The notes under the pieces were generated by a model. It did not search any database, had not been told where the DNA came from, and was given only the letters and a program-made list of their open reading frames with translations. Position numbers and translations under genes: made by a program. Shown here piece after piece: positions 53,171-63,799 of a stretch of DNA of 64,000 bases; the stretch's first letter is position 1; each line of letters starts with the position of its first letter. This DNA comes from Methanomassiliicoccaceae archaeon (GTDB lineage Archaea > Thermoplasmatota > Thermoplasmata > Methanomassiliicoccales > Methanomassiliicoccaceae), in assembly GCA_963728405.1 (NCBI GenBank), contig CAVSJV010000003.1:96001-160000 (forward strand), in the 5' to 3' direction.

Positions 53171-53659
53171 TTAAGAGGTGTGCAGTTGCTGCTCTGACAC
53201 CCGTGCCCGTATATAGTCGACCAGGGAGGCCGGGTGTTCACTGGCAGCTGGCCTCCTCTCCCTGGCCCGCTCGACGGCTGCGGGTATGTCAGCCTCGTTC
53301 TCTATCAACACGGCAAGACTGGCCTCTGCCAAGGCCTTGGATAGTTCCAGTTGTTGATCGTCCACGTGCTCGTCGAACTTACCCAATCGTGGCATCAGGA
53401 CCAGTGGTTTTTTCATAGAGAGCGCGGTGATGGCCGTTCCCGCCCCCCCATGGGCCACGATCACGTCGGCCTCTTCGTAGAAGCGGTCCATCTCCTCATC
53501 GGTCTCCACGAACCGGAACCATTTGGCGTAGAGCGGCTCGTATTTGGAGAATCCGACCTGGATGATCACGCTCTCCTGATGGTCCCGGGCGTAAGCGTCC
53601 ATGGACCGGACCAAACGGTCGAACTGTTGGAAGTGCGTTCCCACGGTGACGAAAATCAT
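53171..53659 (-). CDS. PssE/Cps14G (Alg13-like) glycosyltransferase subunit
   Basis: MIFVTVGTH.QQFDRL, AHGGAGT, PRLGKFDEHVDDQQ. Confidence 0.9.
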   Translation of the reverse strand: MIFVTVGTHFQQFDRLVRSMDAYARDHQESVIIQVGFSKYEPLYAKWFRFVETDEEMDRFYEEADVIVAHGGAGTAITALSMKKPLVLMPRLGKFDEHVDDQQLELSKALAEASLAVLIENEADIPAAVERARERRPAASEHPASLVDYIRARVSEQQLHTS

Positions 53660-54100
53660 ATTACTGCACCCTCATACCTTGCCTTGTTCCCATATACTTC
53701 CTTCAGTTGGGGCCACTGGACCAGGAACTCATCGGCGAATCTATAGACCAGCCGGCCCGTGCCCGAGGTGGTCTTGACCTTAGACCAGCTCTCGATATAG
53801 GTGGTCGGTATGCCGAAGGCTTTCGCCAACAGGAATGAGGGCACCGCCACGGCGTCGCCCGTGCTGAACATCATGTCCGGCCTCTCCTTCAACAGGACCC
53901 GTAGGAGGGAGGGGAACGCCTTCACGAAACTTATGGGGCTGGCCCCCACGTCCCCTACCAGGTACTTGCGGTAGGTCAACCCCATGGTCCTCTTGTGCTT
54001 GTGAGTGATAAAGAAAACTGTCATGACCTTCAAAGGCCCTCATCAACTGGAGCATCTCAGTAAGATGCCCTCCGGGCGAGCACACTAATGCGATCTTCAC
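53656..54100 (-). CDS. PssD/Cps14F (Alg14-like) glycosyltransferase subunit (frameshift ~54025)
   Basis: KIALVCSPGGHLTEM, ERPDMMFSTG, YIES, SGTGRLVY, FLVQWP. Confidence 0.88.
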
Positions 54101-54361
54101 GTCGTTCAGCTCTTGCAAGCCAACGGAAGGTCTGGGAACTATTATAGATTTGGTGACCACGGACCCAATGGACAGGGGCGTTCGAGCATCTAGATGCGAT
54201 AGGGATTCCCATTATGGGCGAGGGGTTGGACCAAGTCCTTGCTCTCATCCCAACAATCCTATCATCAAAATGGCCGAAGGGGGTATGAACGGAGAATGCT
54301 TAGGTCGATATCTCCCTTTCATAACGTATCTTTATTACTGTCAACTTGTGATTGAAGGGGG

Positions 54362-54757
54362 ATGACGCAACAATTCGAGGTTTATGTCCAGAACAAGCCT
54401 GGGGACGTTGCCTGGATCGCCGAGGTGTTATCGAAGAACTCGGTCAACATCCGCGGCATTTCGACCGACCTTGGATCGATCAGGCCGATGATCCGTGTGA
54501 TCACCGATGATGAGGTCAGCGCTCGCAGCGCACTGAAGATGGCTAAACTGGAGTTCTCCGAACGAGAGATAGAGGTCATCAGCCTGGCCGACCGGCCTGG
54601 GGAGCTGGCCAAGATCGCCAGGACCCTATCGAAGTCGGGCATAAACATCGAGTCGTTATACATCCTGGGCAACAGTGGCCGGACGGTGGAAGAAATAGCC
54701 CTGGGGGTCGACAATGTCACCAGAGCCAGGGAGGTCCTCCAGAAGTTCAAGTCCTAG
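54362..54757 (+). CDS. ACT-domain protein (tandem ACT)
   Basis: VQNKPGDVA...NIRGI; LADRPGELA...GINIESLY. Confidence 0.88.
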   Translation: MTQQFEVYVQNKPGDVAWIAEVLSKNSVNIRGISTDLGSIRPMIRVITDDEVSARSALKMAKLEFSEREIEVISLADRPGELAKIARTLSKSGINIESLYILGNSGRTVEEIALGVDNVTRAREVLQKFKS

Positions 54758-54776
54758 GTCGGAACTCCTTACCGTT

Positions 54777-54915
54777 CGAGAAGGAGCTGATGAGTATTGA
54801 TACAGGATTAGCGCATCGCTCATCGCTGTGACGATGGTAGGCATCTCTCCCAGGATGAGCACCGCGAATATCATGGCAAAGACGATCTCCAGCAAAGGAT
54901 GATCGAGGGGGCACT
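54777..54915 (-). pseudogene. 3' remnant of an EamA/DMT transporter
   Basis: SIILLLEIVFAMIFAVLILGEMPT, the last repeat of DMT proteins; abuts the truncated tnpB. Confidence 0.65.
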
Positions 54916-55704
54916 AGGAAGGGTCGAGACAAAGTCTCTATACTGACATTAGAGGGCCGTATTATCGTCCCCATAGTGCTAAGCGGCAAGTATGCCGACC
55001 TTGATCTGAGCAAGCTAAGAGGTGAGTGCGACCTGTTGTACCGAAAAAGAGAGTTCTACCTCAACGTGAGCTACGAGGTGCTAGAGGAACCACAATATGC
55101 GACGAACGACCACATCGGCGTGGACCTCGGTCGGAATAACATCGCCTCCACTTCGGATGGCGAGTTCTTTTGCGGTGATGCTTGTGAAGCGACTAAGATG
55201 AAGTATGTCGGATTGAGAAGGAAGTACCAGTCGGTCGGCACGAAGTCGGCGCACAAGCATCGCTCCAAGACAGATAGACGAGGATCCGACCTCAAAAAGA
55301 ACGCAAATCACAAAATAAGCAAGGAATTAGTATCACAGTCCAAAGGCACGGGGCGAGGTATTGCGTTGGAGGGACTGTCGCACATTCCTCGTCTACGCAC
55401 GGCTGCGAAGGACCATAACGACGCCGGTTCCAAGTGGGCGTTTAGACAGCTTCGTTCACTCATCGAGTACAAGGCGAAGTTGTCCGGAGTCCCAGTCATC
55501 CTCGTCAATCCCGCATACACGAGCCAGAAGTGCTCAGTATGCGGTTTCGTTCACGAGGAGAATCGATTATCACAGTCATCGTTCGTGTGTCAACGATGCA
55601 GTCATTCGGAGCATGCTGATACCAACGCATCGAAGAACATAAGGGACATGGCAAGGGCTGCTGTCAACCAGCCTATGGTCGTCCGTCATGCCACCGAGGC
55701 ATGA
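54916..55704 (+). pseudogene. tnpB: 5'-truncated TnpB (IS200/IS605 family RNA-guided nuclease)
   Basis: Frame opens mid-protein (KGRDKVSILTLEGR); RuvC-I GVDLG, RuvC-II IALEGL, YTSQKCSVCG...CQRC zinc finger, RuvC-III ADTNASKNI. Confidence 0.9.
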
Positions 55705-55767
55705 AGTTGGAACGGCAAGCCCACGAACTCATTCGTGGGTCGTTGACTCCATCGTCCTGTTCTCCAG
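55650..55767 (+). ncRNA. TnpB omega/reRNA region, right-end hairpin and guide
   Basis: Hairpin CCCACGAA (55720-55727)-CTCA-TTCGTGGG (55732-55739), end motif TTGAC (55743-55747); predicted guide TCCATCGTCCTGTTCTCCAG. Confidence 0.65.
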
Positions 55768-56820
55768 GGACGCTGGCCCCTCCAGGCGCACCCCGTCACC
55801 GAGGACCGTGTTGACCAACGATACCCCCGGGCCGATGAGACAGCCCTTACCGAGCAGGCTTCCCTCGATGGTGCAGCCATCCCCCAGGACGCAGTCGTCC
55901 ATCAGGAACGAGTCGGAGATTATCGTCTCACTACCGATGCCCACATTATCACCGATGGCACAGCTCGTGAGCAGCGTCTCCGCGCCGATGACCGCTCCCG
56001 TCCCTATATAGGCCGGCCCCCTGATCTCGCAACCATTGGCCTCAAAGGTGGTGGCCACGATCCGCCCCGAGCATTCCGCTCCCGGGACCTCCAGCGGCCG
56101 GCCCTTGCGGTCGGCCATCTTGAGATTGGCATCCAGCAGGTCCCTGGGCCGTCCGATGTCCTTCCACAGGCCAGAGAGGGCCGCGCCAAACAATCGTTCC
56201 CCCCGTTCTAAAAGTTTGGGAAAGAGCTGCTTTGAGAAGTCATACTTCTCCCCGGCCGGGATGTCCTCAAGGGCCCGGGCCTCGAGCACATAGATGCCCG
56301 CATTGATGAGGTTGGAGAACACCTCCTCGGTCTTGGGCTTCTCCTTGAACCGGACGATGCGGCCATCGTCGTCCAGACCAACGATACCGAACTCCTCCGG
56401 TCTTTCCACGGTGGTCAGGGCCATGGTCGCCAAGGCCTCCTTTTCATGATGCAGCGCTACAAGGGAACGCAGGTCCACGTCTGCCAGCACATCTCCACTC
56501 ACCACGACGATGGTGCCGGCGAGGTCCTTATGGAGCAGCTTGACCGCTCCGGCCGTCCCGGCCGGCTTGTCCTCGAAAGCGAACCTGAGGTCAAGGCCGA
56601 ACTGTTCGCCGCCCCCGAGAAAGTCTACCATGTCCTGTGAGCGGTAGCCACAGGTGAGAAATGCCGTTCCCACCCCGGCGTCCGCCAGCGAGCGGATGAC
56701 ATATTCTACACAAGGTTTTCCTAGAACGGGAAGGAGGGGCTTGGGCCGGGTGTTGGTCAAAGGTCGCAGCCTGGTCCCTTCCCCGCCGGCCAGGATGACC
56801 GCGGTGATCCCATCGCTCAT
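55729..56820 (-). CDS. NDP-sugar pyrophosphorylase (mannose-1-P guanylyltransferase-like) with hexapeptide repeats
   Basis: ILAGGEGTRLRPLT.TRPKPL, GTAG, FKEKP, NAGIY, WKDIG. Confidence 0.92.
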   Translation of the reverse strand: MSDGITAVILAGGEGTRLRPLTNTRPKPLLPVLGKPCVEYVIRSLADAGVGTAFLTCGYRSQDMVDFLGGGEQFGLDLRFAFEDKPAGTAGAVKLLHKDLAGTIVVVSGDVLADVDLRSLVALHHEKEALATMALTTVERPEEFGIVGLDDDGRIVRFKEKPKTEEVFSNLINAGIYVLEARALEDIPAGEKYDFSKQLFPKLLERGERLFGAALSGLWKDIGRPRDLLDANLKMADRKGRPLEVPGAECSGRIVATTFEANGCEIRGPAYIGTGAVIGAETLLTSCAIGDNVGIGSETIISDSFLMDDCVLGDGCTIEGSLLGKGCLIGPGVSLVNTVLGDGVRLEGPASLENRTMESTTHE

Positions 56821-56873
56821 ATCCGGGACCTCCGTCCGGTCGTGCTGGGTGATGGGGACGTTATCGTGAACAA

Positions 56874-57803
56874 TCAGATTATGTCGGGCCATGTCAGTGT
56901 TAGATGGAGGTGGCAATATATTCGTTTTTCTCGACCGCTCATTCCGAGAGGCGAAAACATGTTATCGTCCTTCTTCGCCCCGATCGCCTCGGCCACCGGG
57001 CGGCATTTCGCCCTCATGAGGTAGACGATCGGCCGGAACCGTGAATCGGACAGCGACTCGAAGTTGGCCATGCCCTTCGAGACTATGAGGTCCGCCTCCT
57101 CCAGCTCCCTGCGCAGGCGATCCCCCAGGCCCTTTTCGTTGACACCGACCGCGAACATCCCGGTGGTCAGGACCTCATCGAACTCCTTGTCCACACCAGA
57201 CCGGCGGGCGTCCTCCATGGTGACATCGGTAAGGATCGGCTCGCCTTTCACTACACCGATGACCTTGGGGCCCAGGGTCCGAATCTCCCTGATCAGCAGG
57301 GCGTCCAGCACGTCCTCGCCACAGTTGTCCATCAGATACACGACCTTCTTGGCGCTGACGAGCCTCTGACGGACCTGAGATAGGTCGTTCACGTCCAATC
57401 CCTGCCGTACGATGGCGTCGAACTGCCGCAACAGCGCGGTCGGATCGTCCAGGCCGGCGATGCCAAAGTCCATGACGTTGCCAGCAATGGCTGCCAACGC
57501 CGCCGCCTCCAGACGGTTGGTCGACGTTTCCACCAAGCATTGGGCACGAGGGAAGATCTCCCGGGCGATCTCCTGGCTCTTTATCTTCAGGTCCAAATAA
57601 GGGTCGGCACAGCCCATGACCTGGTAGGCGCGCTGATGGACGCGGGTGGCGACCTCGGCCGAGTTGGCTCCCGGTTCGAAGCCTTCCTTGAGCACCTTGA
57701 GCGCGTCCTTCATTGCCGCCCCGCTCTTGCGCGGGTTGCACAGCTCGACCTCGAACAGCACGCGACCCAGCAAACAGGGGACGCATTCAGGAGCCATTTC
57801 CAT
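56874..57803 (-). CDS. ARMT1/DUF89 damage-control phosphatase
   Basis: PECVPCL, DPY, AGNVMDFG, DNCGE, KGMANFESL, AKC; probable frameshift at the extreme 3' end. Confidence 0.9.
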   Translation of the reverse strand: MEMAPECVPCLLGRVLFEVELCNPRKSGAAMKDALKVLKEGFEPGANSAEVATRVHQRAYQVMGCADPYLDLKIKSQEIAREIFPRAQCLVETSTNRLEAAALAAIAGNVMDFGIAGLDDPTALLRQFDAIVRQGLDVNDLSQVRQRLVSAKKVVYLMDNCGEDVLDALLIREIRTLGPKVIGVVKGEPILTDVTMEDARRSGVDKEFDEVLTTGMFAVGVNEKGLGDRLRRELEEADLIVSKGMANFESLSDSRFRPIVYLMRAKCRPVAEAIGAKKDDNMFSPLGMSGREKRIYCHLHLTLTWPDII

Positions 57804-57910
57804 GACCACAGGCAAGAGCTTCGTAAGGATTAGTCTTTCGCTATTGTCGACGGCATTCCGGGACAGAGAGTTCATATCATCTTTAGGCGTTCCGTCCAGA
57901 CAGGGATCGT

Positions 57911-60109
57911 GTGGTGGACTCTGTAACTCTTAGGGTAGCGAGCGCTCAGCATCAGTCAGAGGTAGGATTGGGCCGGGCCCGCATCGACACCAAGACCAGG
58001 AAGGAGCTCAACGTGGATATGGGCGACTTCATCGAGATCGTAGGAAAAAGGAAGACCGCGGCCAAGGTGTTCCGGGCCTCCAATGAGGACGAGGGCAGGG
58101 AGATCATCTCCATTGATGGCATGATCCGCTCCAATGCTGGTGTGAGCATCGGGGAGAAAGTCACCGTAGCGAAGGCAGACACCCAGCCGGCAGTGAAGAT
58201 CGTCGTGGCACCCAAGATCCCTCCCGGAAAGAGAGTTCGCTTCGGCCAAGGGGTCGAGGAGCTGTTCAAGAAGGGACTGGCCAATCGGCCTCTAGTGAAG
58301 GGCGATGCCATCATCATCCCCAACATCGCGCTCATGGGCGGCTTCCTGCCCTTCATGGTCATCAGCACACAGCCAGCATCCGTCGTCGTCGTGGGCGGGC
58401 ATACCGAGCTGGTGGTCAAGACCGAACCGATGGAGGAGACTGAGGCAGCTACGACGTCGGTCACGTACGACGACGTAGGCGGTCTGGAGGACGAGCTGAA
58501 GCGGGTACGAGAGATCATCGAGCTACCACTCAAGCACCCCGAGCTGTTCGATCGCCTGGGCATCGACGCCCCCAAGGGCGTGCTGCTGTACGGCCCTCCA
58601 GGCACCGGCAAGACGCTCATCGCTAAGGCGGTGGCCAGTGAATCGGGTGCCAACTTCTATTCGATCCAGGGCCCCGAGATCATGTCCAAGTACTATGGAC
58701 AGAGCGAAGAAAAGCTTCGGGAGAAGTTCGAGGAGGCCGAGAAGACCGCACCCTCCATCATCTTCATCGACGAGATCGATTCCATCGCCCCCAAGCGAGA
58801 GGAGGTCATGGGCGAGACCGAGCGAAGGGTGGTCGCCCAGCTGCTCACCCTTATGGACGGACTAGGGGGCCGGGGGCAGGTCATCGTCATCGGAGCCACC
58901 AACCGGGAGGACGCCCTTGACCCGGCGCTGCGCCGCCCGGGCCGCTTCGACCGGGAGATCGAGATAGGAGTACCGAGCCTCAAAGGCCGGATGGAGATCA
59001 TGCAGATCCACACCAGGGGCATGCCCCTGGCCGTGGATGTGGAACTGGACACGCTCGCGAAGTCCACCCATGGATACGTGGGAGCGGACCTGGCCTCCCT
59101 GGCGAGGGAGGCGGCGATGAAGTGCCTGGGACGCTACGTCCCCGAGTTCGAGCTGGACAAACCCATCCCTCCGCAGGTCCTGGAGACCATGAGGGTCACC
59201 AACTCGGACTTCAAGGATGCGCTGAGGGAGGTAGAGCCATCGGCCATGAGGGAAGTGGCGGTAGAGATCCCCAACGTGGCCTGGGGGGATGTAGGCGGGC
59301 TGGAAGACATAAAAAGGCTGCTCAAAGAGATGATCGAGCTACCGCTCCAGGACCCTCAGTGCTTCAAGCGCCTGGGCATCAAGCCGGGCCGTGGAGTGCT
59401 GCTGTACGGCCCTCCAGGCACCGGCAAGACGCTGCTGGCCCGGGCGGTCGCCAACGAATGCAAGGTCAACTTCATCAATGTCAAAGGCCCCGAAATAATG
59501 TCCAAGTGGGTCGGGGAGTCGGAGAAGGCCATCCGCCAGATCTTCAAGAAGGCCAAGCAGGTGGCTCCGGCCATAGTGTTCCTCGACGAGATCGACGCCA
59601 TCGCCCCCCGCAGGGGCATGGTGAACGACTCCAATGTGACCGAGCGGGTGGTGAACCAGCTCCTCACCTCCATGGACGGCTTCGAGTCCCTGGACCGGGT
59701 GACGGTCATGGCCGCGACGAACCGCCCGGACATCGTGGACCCGGCGCTATTGCGGCCGGGACGGTTCGACCGGCTTGCTCTTGTCCCCGTTCCCGACGCT
59801 ACGGCCCGGGCGAGCATTATTGCCATCAATACCAGGGACATGCCCCTGGACGGAGTGGACCTCGATGCCATTGTGGCCCGCACCGATGGCTTCGTGGGGG
59901 CCGACCTCGAGGCACTGTGTCGGGAGGCGGCGCTCATCGCGATGCGCGAGGCCCGGGACGCGGACAAGATCCATATGAAGCACTTCGAGGCAGCGCTCAA
60001 GATCATCAGGCCATCGTCCAGCAAGGACGTCATGAAGTGGTATGAGGACTTCGCTCACTCCATGGAGCGCGTCGCCCCCAAGTGGAAGGACCCCGGGGTG
60101 TACCGGTAG
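57911..60109 (+). CDS. cdc48: CDC48/VAT AAA+ ATPase
   Basis: N-domain plus two AAA modules (GPPGTGKT twice, [22 protein letters not shown]). Confidence 0.97.
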   Translation: MVDSVTLRVASAQHQSEVGLGRARIDTKTRKELNVDMGDFIEIVGKRKTAAKVFRASNEDEGREIISIDGMIRSNAGVSIGEKVTVAKADTQPAVKIVVAPKIPPGKRVRFGQGVEELFKKGLANRPLVKGDAIIIPNIALMGGFLPFMVISTQPASVVVVGGHTELVVKTEPMEETEAATTSVTYDDVGGLEDELKRVREIIELPLKHPELFDRLGIDAPKGVLLYGPPGTGKTLIAKAVASESGANFYSIQGPEIMSKYYGQSEEKLREKFEEAEKTAPSIIFIDEIDSIAPKREEVMGETERRVVAQLLTLMDGLGGRGQVIVIGATNREDALDPALRRPGRFDREIEIGVPSLKGRMEIMQIHTRGMPLAVDVELDTLAKSTHGYVGADLASLAREAAMKCLGRYVPEFELDKPIPPQVLETMRVTNSDFKDALREVEPSAMREVAVEIPNVAWGDVGGLEDIKRLLKEMIELPLQDPQCFKRLGIKPGRGVLLYGPPGTGKTLLARAVANECKVNFINVKGPEIMSKWVGESEKAIRQIFKKAKQVAPAIVFLDEIDAIAPRRGMVNDSNVTERVVNQLLTSMDGFESLDRVTVMAATNRPDIVDPALLRPGRFDRLALVPVPDATARASIIAINTRDMPLDGVDLDAIVARTDGFVGADLEALCREAALIAMREARDADKIHMKHFEAALKIIRPSSSKDVMKWYEDFAHSMERVAPKWKDPGVYR

Positions 60110-60199
60110 GGACGCACACATGAGGGGAAGCAACTCCGGCGATTTACCAACGACTTCACGGGCATGGAACCGGGGCCGATAGATCATCTCTCCGGCTGC

Positions 60200-60820
60200 G
60201 TCCTTGCATATCTAGATGCATAGTGGTACAAGAAGAAGAATGCCCCGATGAGGGCTGCCAGCTAGGTCAGGTCGATGGCGATCGAATTCAGGCCCATGCT
60301 CATCTCTCTGGTCGTGCGATATGCGCCCTCGATAAGTGGGTAGCTCTCCTGTGTAGCGGGTACGTACGTGTAATTATATTAATCGAAGATAGTGCCCGAT
60401 TAGTATTTGGTGATATACGTCCCGGGGTCCACGATCTTGCCGGAGAGGGCGTATTGGCCCTCCAGGTACATCACGCCCGAATATTTACCTCTACGATGTA
60501 CTCTGTGCTGGTCACGTCAATGACCTCGAACAGGAGGCTGAGCGATAGCCTACTCTTGAATTCTGACGTGTTGTCACACGTCCACATGTCCGTAATGATT
60601 ATGCTGTCCTCGGACGTGCCCATGGTGTCCATGAACAGATTTTCCATGACCCGCATACCTCGCCGAGGTCCTTTTCCCCCCGCCAAGGCCCACTTCTGGC
60701 CCATTTCCCAGGTTAGAATTGATGTCTGTGCGGTGTCGCTGCAGATGGGTAACAGCCCTGCCAGCAGCATCAATGCCACTGCAACGGTGCCAAGCGCCCC
60801 TTTGGTCTACCCAATTATTT
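60200..60820 (-). pseudogene. degraded secreted/membrane protein gene
   Basis: Signal-like ALMLLAGLLP, TWEMGQKWAL, LLFEVIDVTSTEYIVEV; interrupted by stops and shifts. Confidence 0.4.
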
Positions 60821-60864
60821 CATAGTTCTTATTATACATTTATTGGCAGATTGGATCCGCCCCG

Positions 60865-60942
60865 CGCTTACCTGGCCAATTACAGAACGATGTGCGGGTA
60901 GACTCTGGAGTTCTAGGCGTACTCGCCCCCCGCGTCGATGTT
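60865..60942 (-). repeat. degenerate duplicate of the 3' end of the ATP-grasp gene (62016-62096)
   Basis: 21 bp identical (60922-60942 = 62076-62096); translates NIDAGGEYA*NSRVYPHIVL*LA versus NIDAGGEDAKNPEVYQRIVRYLA. Confidence 0.85.
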
Positions 60943-60994
60943 TGAGCTGAGCCCCCCCAAGTGATAGGGGACCGAAGCATTACGGTAGAGTAAC

Positions 60995-61942
60995 TTAGGC
61001 GCCCCAGCCAAGACCAGCCCACATGAGGCCGTTCTCCCTGTACATCGGCCCCGGTGGCCCTCCCGTCCCCAGAAGGTTCCCCCACGCCGCCGTCTCTCCC
61101 CAAGACCCCTGGAACTGTAGCCAGGACGGGGATATCGTGCCGTTAGCCTCCTGGCCGATGGGCACCAGACGGTAATCCGATGGCCACAGCACTTCTCCCC
61201 GGCCGTCCGCCCGGTCCCCCGGGGCACGCAGGGCGTCCGACGGCAGGTAATGAGCATGGCTTCCGGCAGCGACCCGAATGACCGGGTGGGTACCCACCAG
61301 GTCCACCTCCGCCAAGCTTGCCCAGGGCGTCCGGGACCCTTCGTGATGTCTGCTCAAGGTCAATGACAGGGGGTCCAATTCCTTGCGATCCAGGATAACC
61401 TGGACCATCTCCCAGTCTCCCTCGTGGGAATTATACGTTCCCTGGTTGAAGACGTAAAAGAGCCAATATTGGATTATGACCGCTCCCTCCCTCTCAGCGG
61501 TCCGGACGTAGACCGTTTGCCCCACATCGCCCCGGTCGAGTTCGTATATCCCGATAGCACCACCATCGTTCCTGGTGCCACCGGAATGGTCAAGATAATA
61601 GCCTGTGGAGAAGGCCCCTCCCAGATCTTCCGGACTTGGATGTTCGACGCTCCTACCCGAAAGGACGCCCATCAGCCGGCAGTGGCCGATGAAGTACTCG
61701 ACATCCACGGGAAAGGTCCTCTCCCCGCCGGAGAACGAAAAGACCGGAGAATACATATCCTCCATCGCGGCCCGCTCCTCCTGGGTCAGCGATGGGGTCG
61801 GCGGAGAAGAGGTTACGGCAGTGGTTCTGCCCATAGACGGGGCCAGCATTCCAGCCCCTAACAAAATGGAGAGCACGAGCGCTATGGCGAGAAAACGGAG
61901 CGTTCGGCGAGGGCTCGGTCCCTCTACCTCAAGTATGGACAT
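60995..61942 (-). CDS. membrane-anchored Vps62-related protein
   Basis: N-terminal TM; YSPVFSF...ERTFPVDV, QYWLFYVFN...HEGDWE, AAGSHAHY, WLQFQGSWG, GPPGP. Confidence 0.75.
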   Translation of the reverse strand: MSILEVEGPSPRRTLRFLAIALVLSILLGAGMLAPSMGRTTAVTSSPPTPSLTQEERAAMEDMYSPVFSFSGGERTFPVDVEYFIGHCRLMGVLSGRSVEHPSPEDLGGAFSTGYYLDHSGGTRNDGGAIGIYELDRGDVGQTVYVRTAEREGAVIIQYWLFYVFNQGTYNSHEGDWEMVQVILDRKELDPLSLTLSRHHEGSRTPWASLAEVDLVGTHPVIRVAAGSHAHYLPSDALRAPGDRADGRGEVLWPSDYRLVPIGQEANGTISPSWLQFQGSWGETAAWGNLLGTGGPPGPMYRENGLMWAGLGWGA

Positions 61943-62015
61943 CGCTAGGCGCTTCCCGGGTGCTTCGAACAGCGGTTCCCCGGTATAAAATGTCCTCCAA
62001 TACCAAGAAGCGACC

Positions 62016-62894
62016 TTAGGCCTCGCCGGCCAGGTATCGGACGATACGCTGGTAGACCTCTGGGTTCTTGGCATCCTCGCCCCCCGCGTCGATGTTGGGA
62101 TTATCGTTGACCTCGATGACGATGAACTCGCCGTCAACCTCCTTGAGATCGACACCGTAGAGGCCCCTGCCGATGGCATTGGCCGCTTTCAGCCCGACCT
62201 CGATTAGCTTGGGGTTCACCGTGACCAGGTCCACCGCCTCGATCTTTGCCCAGACGATATGGCCATTATCGTTACGCTGGATCTTCCACGAATCACCGGG
62301 CATGACGTACTTGCAGACGAACAGCACCTCGCCGTTGAGCGTCGTCACTCGCCAGTCGAAGCGGGATGGGACGAACCTCTGGACCACGATCTCGTCCGCC
62401 CTTCGATAATACTTCTTGGCGACCTCCTGGAAGGCGCGCACGCTCTCGACCTTATCCACATGCATCGAGAACGATGTGTGCGGCGCTTTCAGGATCAGGG
62501 GGCTCCCCAGCTCCTCGAACAACTGCTCGATCGTCCCCTTGTCGATCTCCCTCTTTCCCACGAACCGGGTCTCCGGAATAGGGACATTGGCTCGCATCAA
62601 ATGGAGGTACATGTTGATCTTGTCGCAGCAGACGATAATGGAGTTCGGATCGTCGATGACCGTCATGCCGTGCAGCTCCGCGGTCCTCGCCGCCACATAG
62701 GCCGCGTTGAGCGGATCGGTGAGCGACCGGATGAACAGGGCGTCGTAGGACGGTATCTTGGCTATATCGTAGCGGAACACATACTCGAGCTGGTGGCCGA
62801 GCTGATGGGCAGCCAGTTTGAAGTTGACCAGGGCGGTGAGCTCCTCAGCCCGGGAGATCGTGTACCGTTCCACGAAGCAAGCTATATTTGCCAT
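62016..62894 (-). CDS. RimK-like ATP-grasp ligase
   Basis: DALFIRSLTDP, VIDDPNSI.CCDK, PLILKAP, DWRV, GLYGVDLKE, VIEVNDNPNID. Confidence 0.9.
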   Translation of the reverse strand: MANIACFVERYTISRAEELTALVNFKLAAHQLGHQLEYVFRYDIAKIPSYDALFIRSLTDPLNAAYVAARTAELHGMTVIDDPNSIIVCCDKINMYLHLMRANVPIPETRFVGKREIDKGTIEQLFEELGSPLILKAPHTSFSMHVDKVESVRAFQEVAKKYYRRADEIVVQRFVPSRFDWRVTTLNGEVLFVCKYVMPGDSWKIQRNDNGHIVWAKIEAVDLVTVNPKLIEVGLKAANAIGRGLYGVDLKEVDGEFIVIEVNDNPNIDAGGEDAKNPEVYQRIVRYLAGEA

Positions 62895-63487
62895 TCGTTC
62901 GCCTTCCTGAGAAGCTTCAGTTCCTTGGACCCCAGTTCGTGCAAGGGCAGGGGCTCGATGGCGCTGAGCATGATCTTGCCGTCCTCGATGACCCTCAGAT
63001 TGCAGATGGGCAGGTGGAACAGTTCCCACACCTTGCTGGCCATGTACTGGACCTCGTCGCAGGTGGTGGTGCCCATGATGCACTTGTATTCCCGGATGGC
63101 GACATCATCGGTGATCTTCTGCACACAGATGGCGTACTTGAAGTTCCGGGTCATGGACTTGGCTATTCTCTTCACGTGACCCGCCTTATAGACCACGCTA
63201 TGCCTCTTCATGAACGGATTTATGGGATAGACGATGCAGGGAGGTTCGAAAATATCGTTCGTGATGTAGTAATCAGGTATCGGTATGTTGGCCGCCCTGG
63301 CCCGCTCCATGCATAGAGGTACGATATAGGCATCCAGTGATTCCTTGATCGTGGGATAGACCTTTACCCCGGCTATCTCGGCCTCCACGCTCCCGTAGTG
63401 GCCCTCGCTCATGTACCGATAATCACCAAGAATGTTGACGAAGGCGCTCCCGTTCTCATGGGCGGACCATTTTTCGCGTCCTATCAA
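62882..63487 (-). CDS. RimK-like ATP-grasp N-terminal (RLAN) domain protein
   Basis: VNILGDYRYMSEGHYGSVEAE...VYPT; overlaps the ATP-grasp start. Confidence 0.8.
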   Translation of the reverse strand: MIGREKWSAHENGSAFVNILGDYRYMSEGHYGSVEAEIAGVKVYPTIKESLDAYIVPLCMERARAANIPIPDYYITNDIFEPPCIVYPINPFMKRHSVVYKAGHVKRIAKSMTRNFKYAICVQKITDDVAIREYKCIMGTTTCDEVQYMASKVWELFHLPICNLRVIEDGKIMLSAIEPLPLHELGSKELKLLRKANEWQI

Positions 63488-63799
63488 ACTATGACCAACT
63501 CGTCAGGACGATGTAATGCCAATGGAGTAATAAAGCTTGCTTTATCGATTTCTCTGTGGCTGATTCCAAGGGCAAATGGTGAGTGGTCTCATGGTCTGCT
63601 TCCCTGATGATTCATTCACGCAGGACCAGCATGAGTGATGACCGGCCCATGGGTCGGTCCGCGACCCGGGCTCATTTTGATCATAATAAAGAGGGCTGGA
63701 CCGAGGCCTTCTCGCTCACAACCTGGAAAGATCAAGGCTTAAATTAATGAGGATTATGCCTCGCCAATTGCCATGTACTGGCAGGGAACCTCGATTAGT

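Noticed and set aside
60865-62096. Diversity-generating retroelement TR/VR pair
   Set aside because: Mismatches involve all four bases, and no reverse transcriptase is present in the window.
62197-62207. 11-nt match of the second TnpB guide (CTAATCGAGGT) inside the ATP-grasp gene
   Set aside because: Short, the first guide base mismatches and the TAM is unknown; compatible with chance.
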